A stretch of 64,000 nucleotides of DNA from Candidatus Latescibacterota bacterium (GTDB taxonomy: Bacteria; Latescibacterota; UBA2968), in contig OZ242195.1 in the NCBI GenBank assembly GCA_965205975.1, forward strand, positions 2,944,001 to 3,008,000, written 5' to 3'. The translations under genes and the position numbers were made by a program. Every line of letters starts with the position of its first letter. The stretch's first letter is position 1. Positions 17,209 through 27,391 of the stretch are shown here, one piece after another. The notes under the pieces are model-generated. The model was not told the origin of the DNA. It worked only from the letters and a program-made list of their open reading frames with translations, and ran no database searches.

Positions 17209-17871
17209 TCAGTCTCCAACTTGTTTCCATACATTAGCTACATACATTAAGCCTATTTCAGGGCTGCTGAGGATTGGAACTGAAAGTTCCGGGCACAAAT
17301 TTGCGGCTCCCGCCATAGAGGCTTGTGCCAACACAATGACATCTCCTTCAAGTGCTCTGTCTTTTATATTTCGGGCTATTTCACTAAAATACCCTTTGTG
17401 GTCTCCCGCCTCAAATCTACTCCAGGCGTTATCACAAAAAACTTCAATAAGTTCAACGCGCTTTTGATGAGCTTTTGCGGTTTCAAGAATAAGGTCACGA
17501 GTTGGAGCGATTGTACTCTCAAGCGCGGCAGCAACAATAATTCGGGACCCTATTTCGACTGCTTTCTCAGCCATAGGTCTATCGATTCGAACAATAACAC
17601 CATCTGTTAGATTATTTACTTTTTCCGCACTTGCTCCAATTGTAGAACATGTGCAGAGTATCACAGTTGCGCCTTTTTTTATCGCGGAGAGGATACAATC
17701 CCGAATACGTTCATCCAAATTTTGAGTAATTCCTTTGTCACGGGCCTCTGTCAGAAATTGCTCTTCTATAATATGTCTAACGGGTAATTCTAAAAAAGCT
17801 TCCTCTATAAGCCGATTAAAAGTATCGACATGCACCGGTGAAGTATGAAGAAAAGCCAAATGAGATTGCAT
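17209..17871 (-). CDS. Asp/Glu/hydantoin racemase-family protein
   Basis: FLHTS, CTCSTIG, RIDRPMA, VLAQASM, PILSSP. Confidence 0.8.
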   Translation of the reverse strand: MQSHLAFLHTSPVHVDTFNRLIEEAFLELPVRHIIEEQFLTEARDKGITQNLDERIRDCILSAIKKGATVILCTCSTIGASAEKVNNLTDGVIVRIDRPMAEKAVEIGSRIIVAAALESTIAPTRDLILETAKAHQKRVELIEVFCDNAWSRFEAGDHKGYFSEIARNIKDRALEGDVIVLAQASMAGAANLCPELSVPILSSPEIGLMYVANVWKQVGD

Positions 17872-17891
17872 GAAATGACGCCCTTTATGTG

Positions 17892-17966
17892 GATAGATAG
17901 GGTTTTACACAGAAATTCTACTAATCTTGTGACAATTTCAGCGGCAAAATGGTTTCTATATTACAA
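17892..17966. repeat. ~75 bp duplicated upstream element (copy 1)
   Basis: Aligns along its length with 25092-25167. Confidence 0.8.
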
Positions 17967-18072
17967 AACAGGTCCACGAACAGTATGGGCAGGTTTACTC
18001 AGCCCACGCCATGCAGTGCTATCTCCGCGGGATATTCTGACTGATTTATTATACGGATAGCCCAAGGAAGTG

Positions 18073-18507
18073 CTATAAATGTGAGTCACGCGCTCGTATC
18101 AGATTATCTACCCCGTATTTTCCCGAACCGATAACCACAAACATCCCGGTAATAACCAGATACAGAAATGCCATCTCCTTCGTGCTGAATGGATCCGCTG
18201 CATGTTGAAAGAACGCGGCAATCAACATGGTAAACCAAATAAAAAATGCCCCTGGCCGCGTGAGTAACCCCAGTGCCAGCAGTAGCCCGCCGCCAAACTC
18301 CGAAAAGGCTGCCATCCAGGCAAAAAACTCGGGCAAGGGAAACCCCAAATTTTCTATAACGACCACAAACCGCTCGGAAGGTGGGATCTTCCCCAATCCA
18401 TGTCCCAATGCCATACTCAACCCTACAAACACCCTGAGAATCGCCAACCCGACATTTGCCGGGATCGACTCAATAACCGATCCACCAAATACAAGTCGCT
18501 TAATCAT
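18073..18507 (-). CDS. DoxX-family membrane protein
   Basis: LRVFVG..HGLGK, EFGGGLLLALGLLTR, GSGKYGVD. Confidence 0.9.
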   Translation of the reverse strand: MIKRLVFGGSVIESIPANVGLAILRVFVGLSMALGHGLGKIPPSERFVVVIENLGFPLPEFFAWMAAFSEFGGGLLLALGLLTRPGAFFIWFTMLIAAFFQHAADPFSTKEMAFLYLVITGMFVVIGSGKYGVDNLIRARDSHL

Positions 18508-18535
18508 ATTCCACCTCCTAATTAAGGTTCACCGC

Positions 18536-20635
18536 TCACCCTTTAACATATTGATTGAACCAGTTGAACACGCTTTTGTAATAATCCCTGGTATCCGCAG
18601 CCGACCAATTAGCCGGAATATGGCCCTCGCGTTGATATTCTCGCATTTCCACTCGCTTGCCAAGTCGCCTGAGACCGAGGAACGTCTCTCTTGCATTCAC
18701 CGATCCAGGTACATCTTTGATTCCGCATATCACCAACACCGGCGCTTCGACCTGGTCAAAAGCAAAGAGCGGCGAGTTTTTAATATACGCATCTTGTTTC
18801 TCCCAGAGACTACCACCATTTCGCGCTTGCTTCCCTTCGCACCACCCTATTCTTGCTTCATCTATAAGATAAGTGCTGGTCATGTTGATTCCGAACGGCG
18901 CATTGGCAACCGCGGCGCGGAAAACCCGTGTTTGCGTAACCAATGCCATGACACCATAAGCACCATAGCTGTGCCCCCAAATACCGATTCGATTTTTGTC
19001 GGCAAAACCCATTTCTATGGCACGATTAACAGCAGGTAGTGTTACGCCCACAATCTGCTCAATTGGGTTATTGTCCTCCATAATCGAATCTGGATATAAT
19101 GCGGCATAGCCAGCACTGGTGAGTAACCGCGCTTCAGAAGCATACCTATCGCGCCTTGAGAAATCACTCCCAGGATAGATAGTGACAACCATGGGGAGCC
19201 TGTCTCCCGCCTGAGTATCTTTGGGAAGGAAAAGAGCCGCCTTCTGTACACGACCATTCGCATCCTTAAACTCTATGACTTTGCGCACTGGTTGTTCCAC
19301 ATCCCGTCGCCAGGGATTGATCTTAAGTAGTGTAGTGGACTCTCCACCGTCGAGAGGGTACGCATGTACTGCCTCTCTGCCGCGAGTAAAAACGAACCGT
19401 TCGGATGCTATTAGAGTGAACTCATCAGGACTTGAAAGTGGCGCAGGACAAACCTTAGCCGTCTCGCCGGAAACGGAATGGATGCGGACGATATATCTCA
19501 AGTTATCGTGTTTGTCAATTGCGTGGGCAAGAATATTGCCATGATCATCAGTATGAAGAATAGAATCACCGTGCCGTTGCGCAATCGCATTTACCCTCAT
19601 CTGAGTTGAATCCTTCAACAGCCGACGATTCTTACCGCCCTCAATGGACAGGTGATACAAACATCCTTTTTGGAGCCAAATAAGGCGTGTGCCATCCTTG
19701 GTCCACCAGGGTATTTGAAAGTTACCCAAGGACGAAGTGAATTCTGTCACCATTTTAGGCTCAGTTGATCCGTCCGCTGGTGCGAAGTAGAGATGTTGAG
19801 GGTCACCCCACTTTCCACCGGTGACATAGGCAATTGTCTGACAATCGGGCGACCACGAGAAACGACAGGCAGAACTGCTGACCGGTACTTCCCGAGCGAT
19901 CACATAAGGCTCGCGACCATCAAGTGGGACAATAGTCACATCGGCAATAATGTGGGGGCGATCCACAGGATATGCAATCTGATTGAGAAGTGCGACAGCT
20001 TGCCCATCAGGAGCCATAGCCATACGCTGGGTATTGAACGTGTGACCAGACGCTAACTCTGTTACAATGCCTGAGCTTATCTCCACAACACCGACGCACT
20101 TATCAGTAGTATCGGACAGTTCAAAGACTGATCTATGCTGGTCTGATGCGGGCTGTTCCGGAGTGTATGATTGTACAATGATGTCAGGAGATTTTTTAGA
20201 AACACGGGCATTCGGAATCAAAGGCACGATGATGCGGTGACCGTCAGGAGTCCATTGAAGAACGGTGCGCCACACGCGGATCACGGCGTTGGATACGAGG
20301 AATACTTCGCGCGTCTGTCTGTTCCACAATCCAACACAGGCATGAGCATCTTGTGTCACGACACAGGCGGCAAGTATTTGTCCGTCTGGAGACCATTGGC
20401 CTGCCCAACTCATTTGTAGATCAGAAAACGGCTCTATGGATTCACATGTTTCAACGTCTATAAGGACAATGTATGCGCCGTTCACTTCACCATAATTGGC
20501 ATCGTCAGGCACGCGACGCTTCCCATGACTGAGTGTTACAGCAAGCAATCCGCCATCAGGGGAAAGATCCCACGGACAACGACTGGTAAACTGATTGACA
20601 TTCAACAAGTCATCAACAGTGAATGCTCGCGACAT
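18536..20635 (-). CDS. S9 (prolyl oligopeptidase family) peptidase
   Basis: WSPDG propeller repeats, GHSYG nucleophile, EGH. Confidence 0.9.
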   Translation of the reverse strand: MSRAFTVDDLLNVNQFTSRCPWDLSPDGGLLAVTLSHGKRRVPDDANYGEVNGAYIVLIDVETCESIEPFSDLQMSWAGQWSPDGQILAACVVTQDAHACVGLWNRQTREVFLVSNAVIRVWRTVLQWTPDGHRIIVPLIPNARVSKKSPDIIVQSYTPEQPASDQHRSVFELSDTTDKCVGVVEISSGIVTELASGHTFNTQRMAMAPDGQAVALLNQIAYPVDRPHIIADVTIVPLDGREPYVIAREVPVSSSACRFSWSPDCQTIAYVTGGKWGDPQHLYFAPADGSTEPKMVTEFTSSLGNFQIPWWTKDGTRLIWLQKGCLYHLSIEGGKNRRLLKDSTQMRVNAIAQRHGDSILHTDDHGNILAHAIDKHDNLRYIVRIHSVSGETAKVCPAPLSSPDEFTLIASERFVFTRGREAVHAYPLDGGESTTLLKINPWRRDVEQPVRKVIEFKDANGRVQKAALFLPKDTQAGDRLPMVVTIYPGSDFSRRDRYASEARLLTSAGYAALYPDSIMEDNNPIEQIVGVTLPAVNRAIEMGFADKNRIGIWGHSYGAYGVMALVTQTRVFRAAVANAPFGINMTSTYLIDEARIGWCEGKQARNGGSLWEKQDAYIKNSPLFAFDQVEAPVLVICGIKDVPGSVNARETFLGLRRLGKRVEMREYQREGHIPANWSAADTRDYYKSVFNWFNQYVKG

Positions 20636-20697
20636 ATTTATCTCTCCTGGGGTTTACTGCTGTTGAGCTTCTGTTAAAGACGACTATTCGCTTTCAA

Positions 20698-20973
20698 TTA
20701 TCCCACCGAAAAATGCAATTTCTTTCCAACTGCCTTTGCATACTTCCCCAAAGTTGACAGCCTGATGTCTTTTGCATGGTTTTCTATTCTTGAAATCGCA
20801 GATTTCTTGGTATTCAGTTTCTGTGCCACCTCTTCCTGGGTTAGACCAGCCTCCTCTCGAGCTTGTCGAAGGAGAACACCGATCTTAAATTCCAAATAAC
20901 CAGCTTCGTAATTCTCGGCAAATTCGGGATCTCTTGCCTTGCGTTTCTCAACATACTTTTTTAAATCGCTCAT
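20698..20973 (-). CDS. HigA-like XRE antitoxin
   Basis: [23 protein letters not shown] overlap with the toxin. Confidence 0.88.
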   Translation of the reverse strand: MSDLKKYVEKRKARDPEFAENYEAGYLEFKIGVLLRQAREEAGLTQEEVAQKLNTKKSAISRIENHAKDIRLSTLGKYAKAVGKKLHFSVG

Positions 20974-21320
20974 CGATTTTTCCTCCTGAAATAATCTCGT
21001 TTTCTCTGTTCTGCCAGACGGATATCTGACCTTGGAATCTTCTGTGTCTTCTTGGCAAAGGCATGGTTGAGAACCACCAACTTTGGACCATCAAAAAATG
21101 CCAGAAGCCTAAACATATCTCTACCAATGTTGACACGAACCTCCCAGATGTCATCCGTACCGACCAGTTTCTTAAAGTATTGTTGGGGAACAATCTCCAA
21201 TTCCTCAATCAATCCCAATGTCCAAGTGGCTTTAGCACCTTGCCGCGCAGTAAGGGAATCCAAAAATTGTTCGACAGGACAATGTCCTGATGCTGTGCGA
21301 TAAAAGGTGATTTCTCTCAT
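20970..21320 (-). CDS. RelE/ParE (Gp49/HigB-like) toxin
   Basis: [25 protein letters not shown]. Confidence 0.9.
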   Translation of the reverse strand: MREITFYRTASGHCPVEQFLDSLTARQGAKATWTLGLIEELEIVPQQYFKKLVGTDDIWEVRVNIGRDMFRLLAFFDGPKLVVLNHAFAKKTQKIPRSDIRLAEQRKRDYFRRKNR

Positions 21321-21403
21321 ATTTAAAAGTTAACGAATATGTTACCAAAAAGAAATAAAAATAACATTTATCTTTCGTGGCACAATGATCAGGACAGATA
21401 CTT

Positions 21404-21712
21404 CTATAGATACTTTCTTTTGACTAATTCGCATAATGGAATAGACTGTCGCTCAAGCGAGTGTAGTCTGTCCAATTTCCAACCGGGAAAAACGAGAACC
21501 GCCAGATGGCACTGCAACGCCCGAGCGAGCACCTTGGCACGCTCAACGCCAAGCTGGATGCGATTATTTTCGATGGCCGAAATAGTTGATTGGGAAATGC
21601 CTGTGCGCCTGGCAAGCTCATTTTGACTAAGCTCCTGAAGTTCGCGGATAATACGGACGGACTCACCTACGGATACCTCAATCTGCTTCTTGGCACGACA
21701 GTAATTTTCCAT
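21404..21712 (-). CDS. Orphan XRE antitoxin-like HTH protein
   Basis: VSVGESVRIIRELQELSQNELA...LGVERAKVLARAL...VLVFPGW; start moved to ATG 21712. Confidence 0.8.
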   Translation of the reverse strand: MENYCRAKKQIEVSVGESVRIIRELQELSQNELARRTGISQSTISAIENNRIQLGVERAKVLARALQCHLAVLVFPGWKLDRLHSLERQSIPLCELVKRKYL

Positions 21713-21713
21713 T

Positions 21714-21740
21714 TCACTGTCTCCGATAATCATGAGCGGT
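21714..21740 (-). pseudogene. Possible C-terminal scar (TAHDYRRQ*) of a deleted RelE/StbE-type toxin
   Basis: acc gct cat gat tat cgg aga cag tga ends just before the antitoxin ATG; HDYRR is the terminus I recall for toxins partnering this antitoxin type. Confidence 0.55.
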
Positions 21741-22158
21741 CAATAGAAGAAGGACCGGTTTGCACCTTGTAATAGGTCCTCGTCCTGTCCGCGAAGTAAT
21801 CCTTGATACGCTCGACCTGCTTTGGGGACGTGTTGCTCGGAATACGGTCTAAATGAAAATATTCAATCTGATCCGCCTCATCGGTAAGTTGGAGCGCACC
21901 TCCCGTAACCTCGCAGAAAAATGACAACACGATCTCATTCTTATCTGTTTTACTGTACACCCCACTGAGATGGACGGGCACAGCTTTCAAACCCGTTTCT
22001 TCTTCTATCTCTCGCACCAGAGCAGCCCACGGACTCTCGCCTGTCTCAACACCCCCACCGGGTAAATTCCACAAATCGAAGTCGCGTCGGTGGCACAACA
22101 AGACGCGGTCTTTATCATCGGTAATAATCCCAAAAACGCCGATTGTGAACACGGTCAA
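21730..22158 (-). CDS. NUDIX hydrolase
   Basis: GGGVETGESPWAALVREIEEETG. Confidence 0.92.
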   Translation of the reverse strand: MTVFTIGVFGIITDDKDRVLLCHRRDFDLWNLPGGGVETGESPWAALVREIEEETGLKAVPVHLSGVYSKTDKNEIVLSFFCEVTGGALQLTDEADQIEYFHLDRIPSNTSPKQVERIKDYFADRTRTYYKVQTGPSSIDRS

Positions 22159-22703
22159 AACCCTCTTCTGATATATCGGACATATCCCAACTCGGCCTCG
22201 GAGATACCCAACCCATCCAGTTCACCTATTGGGACAAATGTCGCATCCTCCTCATAGTCATCATCGCACATCAAATCTGGCACATGTTTGGAAGCGCGGG
22301 CGGTATAAATAATTTGAAAAAAGTGAGGGAGATATGGGAACTGGAATCCAGGCGGCTTCGGCTTGAGATGTTCCAGATGGATGAACCCCAGGCGTGAGAT
22401 AGATTCAACCGTCCAGCCTGTCTCTTCAATAACTTCACGGCGAAGTGTTTGTTCGAAAGTCTCTCCCTCCTCGCGCCGACCACCCGGCAAAATGTGGTTG
22501 CCCTTGCGGTTCCTGAGTACGAGAACAGAATCGTTCTGGAAAACGAGACATCGAACAGAAGTTACAAACTGCTCTGATGGCTGTTCATCGGAACAAAAAT
22601 AACGCACGCGCAAAGGCATCGTCCCATTTGCCCACAGAGCCTCTGTCTCGTGAAAAGAAGTCTTACCCTTCAAAAACGTCTGTATATCTCCGTTATGATT
22701 CAA
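22155..22703 (-). CDS. NUDIX hydrolase
   Basis: GGRREEGETFEQTLRREVIEETG. Confidence 0.9.
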   Translation of the reverse strand: MNHNGDIQTFLKGKTSFHETEALWANGTMPLRVRYFCSDEQPSEQFVTSVRCLVFQNDSVLVLRNRKGNHILPGGRREEGETFEQTLRREVIEETGWTVESISRLGFIHLEHLKPKPPGFQFPYLPHFFQIIYTARASKHVPDLMCDDDYEEDATFVPIGELDGLGISEAELGYVRYIRRGF

Positions 22704-23232
22704 CGCTGTCTATTCCTTTAAAATCGAGATAGAGACGACTGGGTTGAATACCCGTGTTATTTTGATACTTTCCACTTTTGTAGGTCTCGAAATCGCCATC
22801 CAGGGTATGGTAGTAAATTTGGCAGATTTCTACATTTGGATAGACTCGAACGGGCCGAATACAGAACATCTCCAATGTCCAGTACCCGGCAAAGCCCACA
22901 TCACCGAAACCTGCGGTTACGTGTACAAACAACCCCAATCTACCCACAGATGACCGCCCCTCAAGCATGGGAACATAATTATTCGTTCTGGTGAATTCTG
23001 CTGTCCTGCCAAGATAGAGCGTTTGGGGTTGCATCTCGTACCCATCATCAGGAATCTGTATAGATCGCGTGCGATTTTTCTTCTTCATATCGAGAACGCC
23101 ATCCTCGTATATCATGAGTTCATTGGCAAGTGAAAGATTATAGCTATTGGGATTGAGCCTGGCAGGATCAAACGGCTCAATAATGATGTCCTTTCCCATT
23201 CGCTCTTGGATCATTTTTCCCGACAAAATCAT
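22693..23232 (-). CDS. dcd: dCTP deaminase
   Basis: NPNSYNL, EGRSSVGRLG, AGFGDVGF.G.WTLE, GKYQ. Confidence 0.9.
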   Translation of the reverse strand: MILSGKMIQERMGKDIIIEPFDPARLNPNSYNLSLANELMIYEDGVLDMKKKNRTRSIQIPDDGYEMQPQTLYLGRTAEFTRTNNYVPMLEGRSSVGRLGLFVHVTAGFGDVGFAGYWTLEMFCIRPVRVYPNVEICQIYYHTLDGDFETYKSGKYQNNTGIQPSRLYLDFKGIDSVES

Positions 23233-23729
23233 AACGCGCTCCCCGACTCTTCTACTTCTGGAAGATCCCTATACATGATATGCATATAATCTGCAAAACC
23301 ATGCTTTCTCCAAAATGAATATCCAACGGTATTCATAGAAGCCACTCGGAGTTCAACTCTGTCTATTCCCTGAGACCGAAACCAATCCAACATTTCATTT
23401 AACATCAACTCTCCAATTCCCTTTCTCCTGTGTTCAGAAGAAACAGCCAAATCTTGAATAGTGCCACAGATTTGCTTGACGAATACGGGAGGATATTTGT
23501 CAATTCTCGCTATTCCGAAGCCCATTGGCTTTGTATTCTCAACCGCCATAATCACAAGGGCATCCTCAGCCTCAATCAGTCTTTCCAGATTCTTACCCAT
23601 GCTTTCTCCCGCACCATCGGACAGAGTATATCTCGAATCAAACGGGACATGAAAATCCATGAGTTCTTTCCAGATCTCCAGTATAGCGGGTATGTCAGAT
23701 TTCAAAGCCCTAACAACTTCCACTTTCAT
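23229..23729 (-). CDS. GNAT acetyltransferase
   Basis: HRRKGIG, FWRKHGF; GGAGG RBS. Confidence 0.88.
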   Translation of the reverse strand: MKVEVVRALKSDIPAILEIWKELMDFHVPFDSRYTLSDGAGESMGKNLERLIEAEDALVIMAVENTKPMGFGIARIDKYPPVFVKQICGTIQDLAVSSEHRRKGIGELMLNEMLDWFRSQGIDRVELRVASMNTVGYSFWRKHGFADYMHIMYRDLPEVEESGSAL

Positions 23730-24555
23730 CCCCTCCAATATACGATGCGTCATTGACCACCTGCGTATATACGCCTGTTTTTGAAACCTCTGAAATTACA
23801 AAATCGAGAAAATCTATAGCCTCTTGTCTCGCATCCAATTCAATACCGTATTGCCATGCCAGAGCATTCCCCACCAAATCACGCCATCTCTCTCCATAGT
23901 TCTCCTGCACCCATGACGCAGCCATCTTCTTCGAACCAACAACGGAGCAAATCACAGTATGCAGTATTCGACACAGATTCAGAATGAAATACGCTTCATG
24001 GTGGCTATCCCTAAAATATTCTGGACTGGATTTTTTCGGCGCCCATTCCTGAAACAAATCTCGAACGCAGGCTTTTCGCACATCCTCAACATCAACCGGG
24101 GGCGACAGCTTCGTAAAACTCGGACCAAATAGCGCGATGGAATGGCTATAAAGAAAATATTTGTTGATTATCCATTCATTCCCATAGGGTGCCTCTGCAT
24201 AAAGGGTACAATCACCACCCCAGTACCAGGGCCGAGGCTCCGTTGGAGGCATAACACATGGGAGCATATCAACAGGCGTATAAGAACACTCTAACCGCCG
24301 TGCCCATTTCTCGAATTTTTCTTCTATCTCTCTGTGTAAACGTCCAATTGAATCGAGTTCACTTCGAGAAACAGGTCGATGCACAATCACTGTAATATCA
24401 ATATCACTGCTATGGTAGTTAAACGCTCCATGGGACAGCGAGCCGGTCAGATATATTCCGAGTACATTTTCTTCGAGAACGGGAAAAACGCCTTTAACAA
24501 AAAAGTCTATGATCTCGTTCACATCGGGATATTTCGTAAGATAGCTTGTAATCAT
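23710..24555 (-). CDS. Aminoglycoside adenylyltransferase-like nucleotidyltransferase (NTase plus DUF4111-type domain)
   Basis: GIYLTGSL...SDIDI, YFILNLCRIL, SKKMAASW. Start moved to MITSYL because the track's 5' extension overlaps other genes. Confidence 0.8.
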   Translation of the reverse strand: MITSYLTKYPDVNEIIDFFVKGVFPVLEENVLGIYLTGSLSHGAFNYHSSDIDITVIVHRPVSRSELDSIGRLHREIEEKFEKWARRLECSYTPVDMLPCVMPPTEPRPWYWGGDCTLYAEAPYGNEWIINKYFLYSHSIALFGPSFTKLSPPVDVEDVRKACVRDLFQEWAPKKSSPEYFRDSHHEAYFILNLCRILHTVICSVVGSKKMAASWVQENYGERWRDLVGNALAWQYGIELDARQEAIDFLDFVISEVSKTGVYTQVVNDASYIGGDESGSC

Positions 24556-24559
24556 AGAT

Positions 24560-24728
24560 TTATTTTGACCTATTCTCTTCCAGCCAATCAACCGCGAAAT
24601 CCACGACATCGCGTTGTGGCATGAGTTGACAACTCGCGAGACCGACCTTGCCATGACGCACCACATTCCCCGCGTCCGACTGCAAAAAATCCTCACCGAT
24701 GCGATCAAAATCCGAACTTTTATTTCAT
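24560..24728 (-). pseudogene. C-terminal remnant of an AAC(3)/YokD-family acetyltransferase
   Basis: Hand translation DFDRIGEDFLQSDAGNVVRHGKVGLASCQLMPQRDVVDFAVDWLEENRSK*; the upstream ATG at 24728 is out of frame. Confidence 0.72.
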
Positions 24729-24737
24729 ATAAGCCAC

Positions 24738-25082
24738 CTATTTCGCTGCAATCGCGACCATCTCTACAAGCGTACCTCCCTCCAGATTGACCTCCACACA
24801 GGCGCGCTGGGGCCAATTTTCGGCACCAATCCAGGCGTCCCAAACCGCGTTCAGGATGGGTTTCTTTGACATATCTGTGATATAGATCGTGACGGAAAGA
24901 AGACAAGACTTATCGGTTCCAGCCTCAGCGAGATTTGCGTCTAACTGTTCGAGTGCCTGTTGAGTCTGACTCTTGAGGTCTGCGGATACATCCGGTGCAG
25001 TGACAACTGTATAGACAATGCCATTGTGTTCAACGGACTTGCTGCGACCAAATGCCTTTCCCGGATATCGTTTGATAGTCAT
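24738..25082 (-). CDS. RidA/Rid-family (YoaB-like) protein
   Basis: QTQQAL, LNAVWDAW, PQRACV, LVEMVAIAA. Confidence 0.9.
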   Translation of the reverse strand: MTIKRYPGKAFGRSKSVEHNGIVYTVVTAPDVSADLKSQTQQALEQLDANLAEAGTDKSCLLSVTIYITDMSKKPILNAVWDAWIGAENWPQRACVEVNLEGGTLVEMVAIAAK

Positions 25083-25091
25083 AAATGCTCC

Positions 25092-25167
25092 GATAGATAG
25101 CGTTTTACAACAGAAATTTTACTAATCCTGTGACAATTCTATCAACAAGATGGTTTCTGTGATACAA
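25092..25167. repeat. ~75 bp duplicated upstream element (copy 2) containing TTGATA-18-TAAAAT on the minus strand
   Basis: Aligns with 17892-17966; lies directly upstream of the Rid start codon. Confidence 0.8.
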
Positions 25168-25330
25168 GCGATAAGTTTTTAGGAGATTGGCGCGATTGGA
25201 ATAAGAGCCTGCGGATTGCCGAACTTGATCAAAGGATGAGAGAAAGGTTGGGTGGGTTGAGTAAGGAAAGGATTGGGAATGGGTGTATTACATCTCCTTC
25301 TGGTATGTAAGACCAGCCTCTTTCTCGTTT

Positions 25331-26071
25331 TTATTTTCGGCAAATGACAAAGTGTTCCATCCAGAAATGCCAGATATAATCTACGGATCGAAAGCCCGCC
25401 TCTTTTAACCATTCAACCTGGGAAGAAAAACGAGATATCCGATCCCTCTCAGGGCTATCTTCATCTACCTGCCCAATAATCTCACGCACCCGATTCGCCT
25501 CTTCAATATCAATCCCAGCTTCTTCGAACCTCTCCTCTCGGCGAAAATTGAGCCGCCTTCGACCCAACTTATAAACATCGTCGTCAAAGCGCGTGGACAT
25601 GGCATCGATTAAAAAGAACCAGCCACCTGTCTCAAGCACATCGTAAATCTGCCTGAACAGGCGGGCTTTATTCTCATCTGTAAGATGATGGACAGTCGAA
25701 AACGATGCAACGAACTGAAAAGATCCCAAACCTTCTGGCAGCCCCTCATTGAGGTCTCTCTGAAGAAACTCTACACGATCTAAATGAGTACCCATCTTCT
25801 GAGCCGCAAATCTCATCATCTCATCTGAAAAATCGATAGCCACACAAGTTGCTTTTGGATATTTCATCAGAACACAATTGAGAAATATACCCGTTCCACA
25901 TCCCAAATCGAGCATCCGAAATTCCGTATGGTCATCAAACGGAATAAAATCCAGAGCCAGACTGTGATAAAATTCAAACATCTCAATCCGAATCGGCTGC
26001 AGGCGATCATAATCCTCAGCGCGCGTTGAGAATTGAACACTTTGAGATTTCTGATTCTTTTGATTATTCAT
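25331..26071 (-). CDS. Class I SAM-dependent methyltransferase
   Basis: MLDLGCGTG, DFS.EM, VHHL, WLKEAGF. Confidence 0.9.
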   Translation of the reverse strand: MNNQKNQKSQSVQFSTRAEDYDRLQPIRIEMFEFYHSLALDFIPFDDHTEFRMLDLGCGTGIFLNCVLMKYPKATCVAIDFSDEMMRFAAQKMGTHLDRVEFLQRDLNEGLPEGLGSFQFVASFSTVHHLTDENKARLFRQIYDVLETGGWFFLIDAMSTRFDDDVYKLGRRRLNFRREERFEEAGIDIEEANRVREIIGQVDEDSPERDRISRFSSQVEWLKEAGFRSVDYIWHFWMEHFVICRK

Positions 26072-27378
26072 TTTCGACCTTTGTGACAATCTCGATTGAT
26101 AACATCAAGAGCCGCTTTCACCTCACACCACGAAACATCATGGGGCAACCTATCCGACAGAGCGGCTCTGGCCGCACAAACCCCAGCAGCTTGTCCCATT
26201 GCCACGGCATTTCCAGTCACCCGATAGCTCGAATGCGCTATAAAATCACCACTGATGCAACGCCCTGCCATTAGCAAACCATTGACATCCCGCGCAATCA
26301 GCGCCCTGAGTGGAATATCATAGGGCTGTGACCGATGCGGCTTCGCCTCTACGATCTTCGTTTTCTTCGGATCAGTCGAATGCACATCAATCCCCATCGT
26401 AACCCGACAAACGGCATCCTCGAACCGCGCACCCCGCAGAAGATCCTCTCCCGTCACCTCATACCGCCCGTGAATCCGCCGTCCCTCCCGAACACCGATC
26501 TGCGCGCCCGTTGCCACCACGCGCATATCCGACCACACACCGCCGTGCGCCCGCAAAGCAGCCACCTGCGTATGAATCTCCCGACGCGCGCGAATCATCG
26601 CCTCTGTAATCGCATTGGCATCGTCGCATTTCACGCCGTACTGATGATTCGCCATAAGCGCGAACAAATTGTCCCTGATGCGAAATAACGTCGGATGACC
26701 ATACGAAGGCGAAACACCGATCTCCTCCATCAGCGCGCTCAGCCTCTGCTTCGGCTCTGCCATAGACCCGCCCACGTAGGGCTCGATCTGATCGAAATGC
26801 AACCCCGTAATCAGTGCCATCAGACTCATCGGCTGGACATCCCCGGTCTCCGGATGACCGACATCGAACCCACATCCGCAAAGCGCCCCCAGATCACCGT
26901 CGCCAGTCGCATCGACAAAAGCCTTCGCATGCCACGCCTCTCTCCCGGCTTTGGACTCCGTAATCACGACCGAAAGCCTATTCTCGCTATTCCGCGCTGC
27001 CCCAACCACGCGCGTCAACAGCCGAATCTCAACACCCGCCTCGACACACATCTCGTCGAGAAGCAACTTCATCTCTTCGACATCATACGCGTAATTCTTC
27101 CCACCCTGAGCGCGAAGCCTGCGCGCATCCCGTGCATCGAGCCGAGAAGTAATCTCCGCCATAATCCCGGGCTTGTTCGCCGAATCGATAATCCAACTCA
27201 ACGCACCCGTCGTCCACACCCCCCCCAGGCTACCGTGCAACTCGATCAACCGCGTCCTTGCACCCTGCCGAGCACACGCAATCGCAGCGGCAATACCAGC
27301 CGGACCTCCACCACAAACGACCACATCCACATCTTCCACAATCGGGATATTTCTTTTCTCTTCTCTATGAGTCAACAC
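26068..27378 (-). CDS. FAD-dependent oxidoreductase
   Basis: GGGPAG, VDATGDGDL, GVREGRRI.G, AGRCISGD. Confidence 0.9.
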   Translation of the reverse strand: MLTHREEKRNIPIVEDVDVVVCGGGPAGIAAAIACARQGARTRLIELHGSLGGVWTTGALSWIIDSANKPGIMAEITSRLDARDARRLRAQGGKNYAYDVEEMKLLLDEMCVEAGVEIRLLTRVVGAARNSENRLSVVITESKAGREAWHAKAFVDATGDGDLGALCGCGFDVGHPETGDVQPMSLMALITGLHFDQIEPYVGGSMAEPKQRLSALMEEIGVSPSYGHPTLFRIRDNLFALMANHQYGVKCDDANAITEAMIRARREIHTQVAALRAHGGVWSDMRVVATGAQIGVREGRRIHGRYEVTGEDLLRGARFEDAVCRVTMGIDVHSTDPKKTKIVEAKPHRSQPYDIPLRALIARDVNGLLMAGRCISGDFIAHSSYRVTGNAVAMGQAAGVCAARAALSDRLPHDVSWCEVKAALDVINRDCHKGRK

Positions 27379-27391
27379 AGCAGCCTCCTAT

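Noticed and set aside
24556..24906. N-terminal 117 aa of track ORF 23710-24906, and similar extensions at 14521-14718, 42880-43023 and 54593-54664
   Set aside because: They overlap other genes, remnants or repeats; downstream starts fit the domain boundaries better.
14961..26071. Integron cassette array
   Set aside because: No tyrosine recombinase, no attC-like sites seen, and genes mostly overlap. Kept only as an integron-like content observation.
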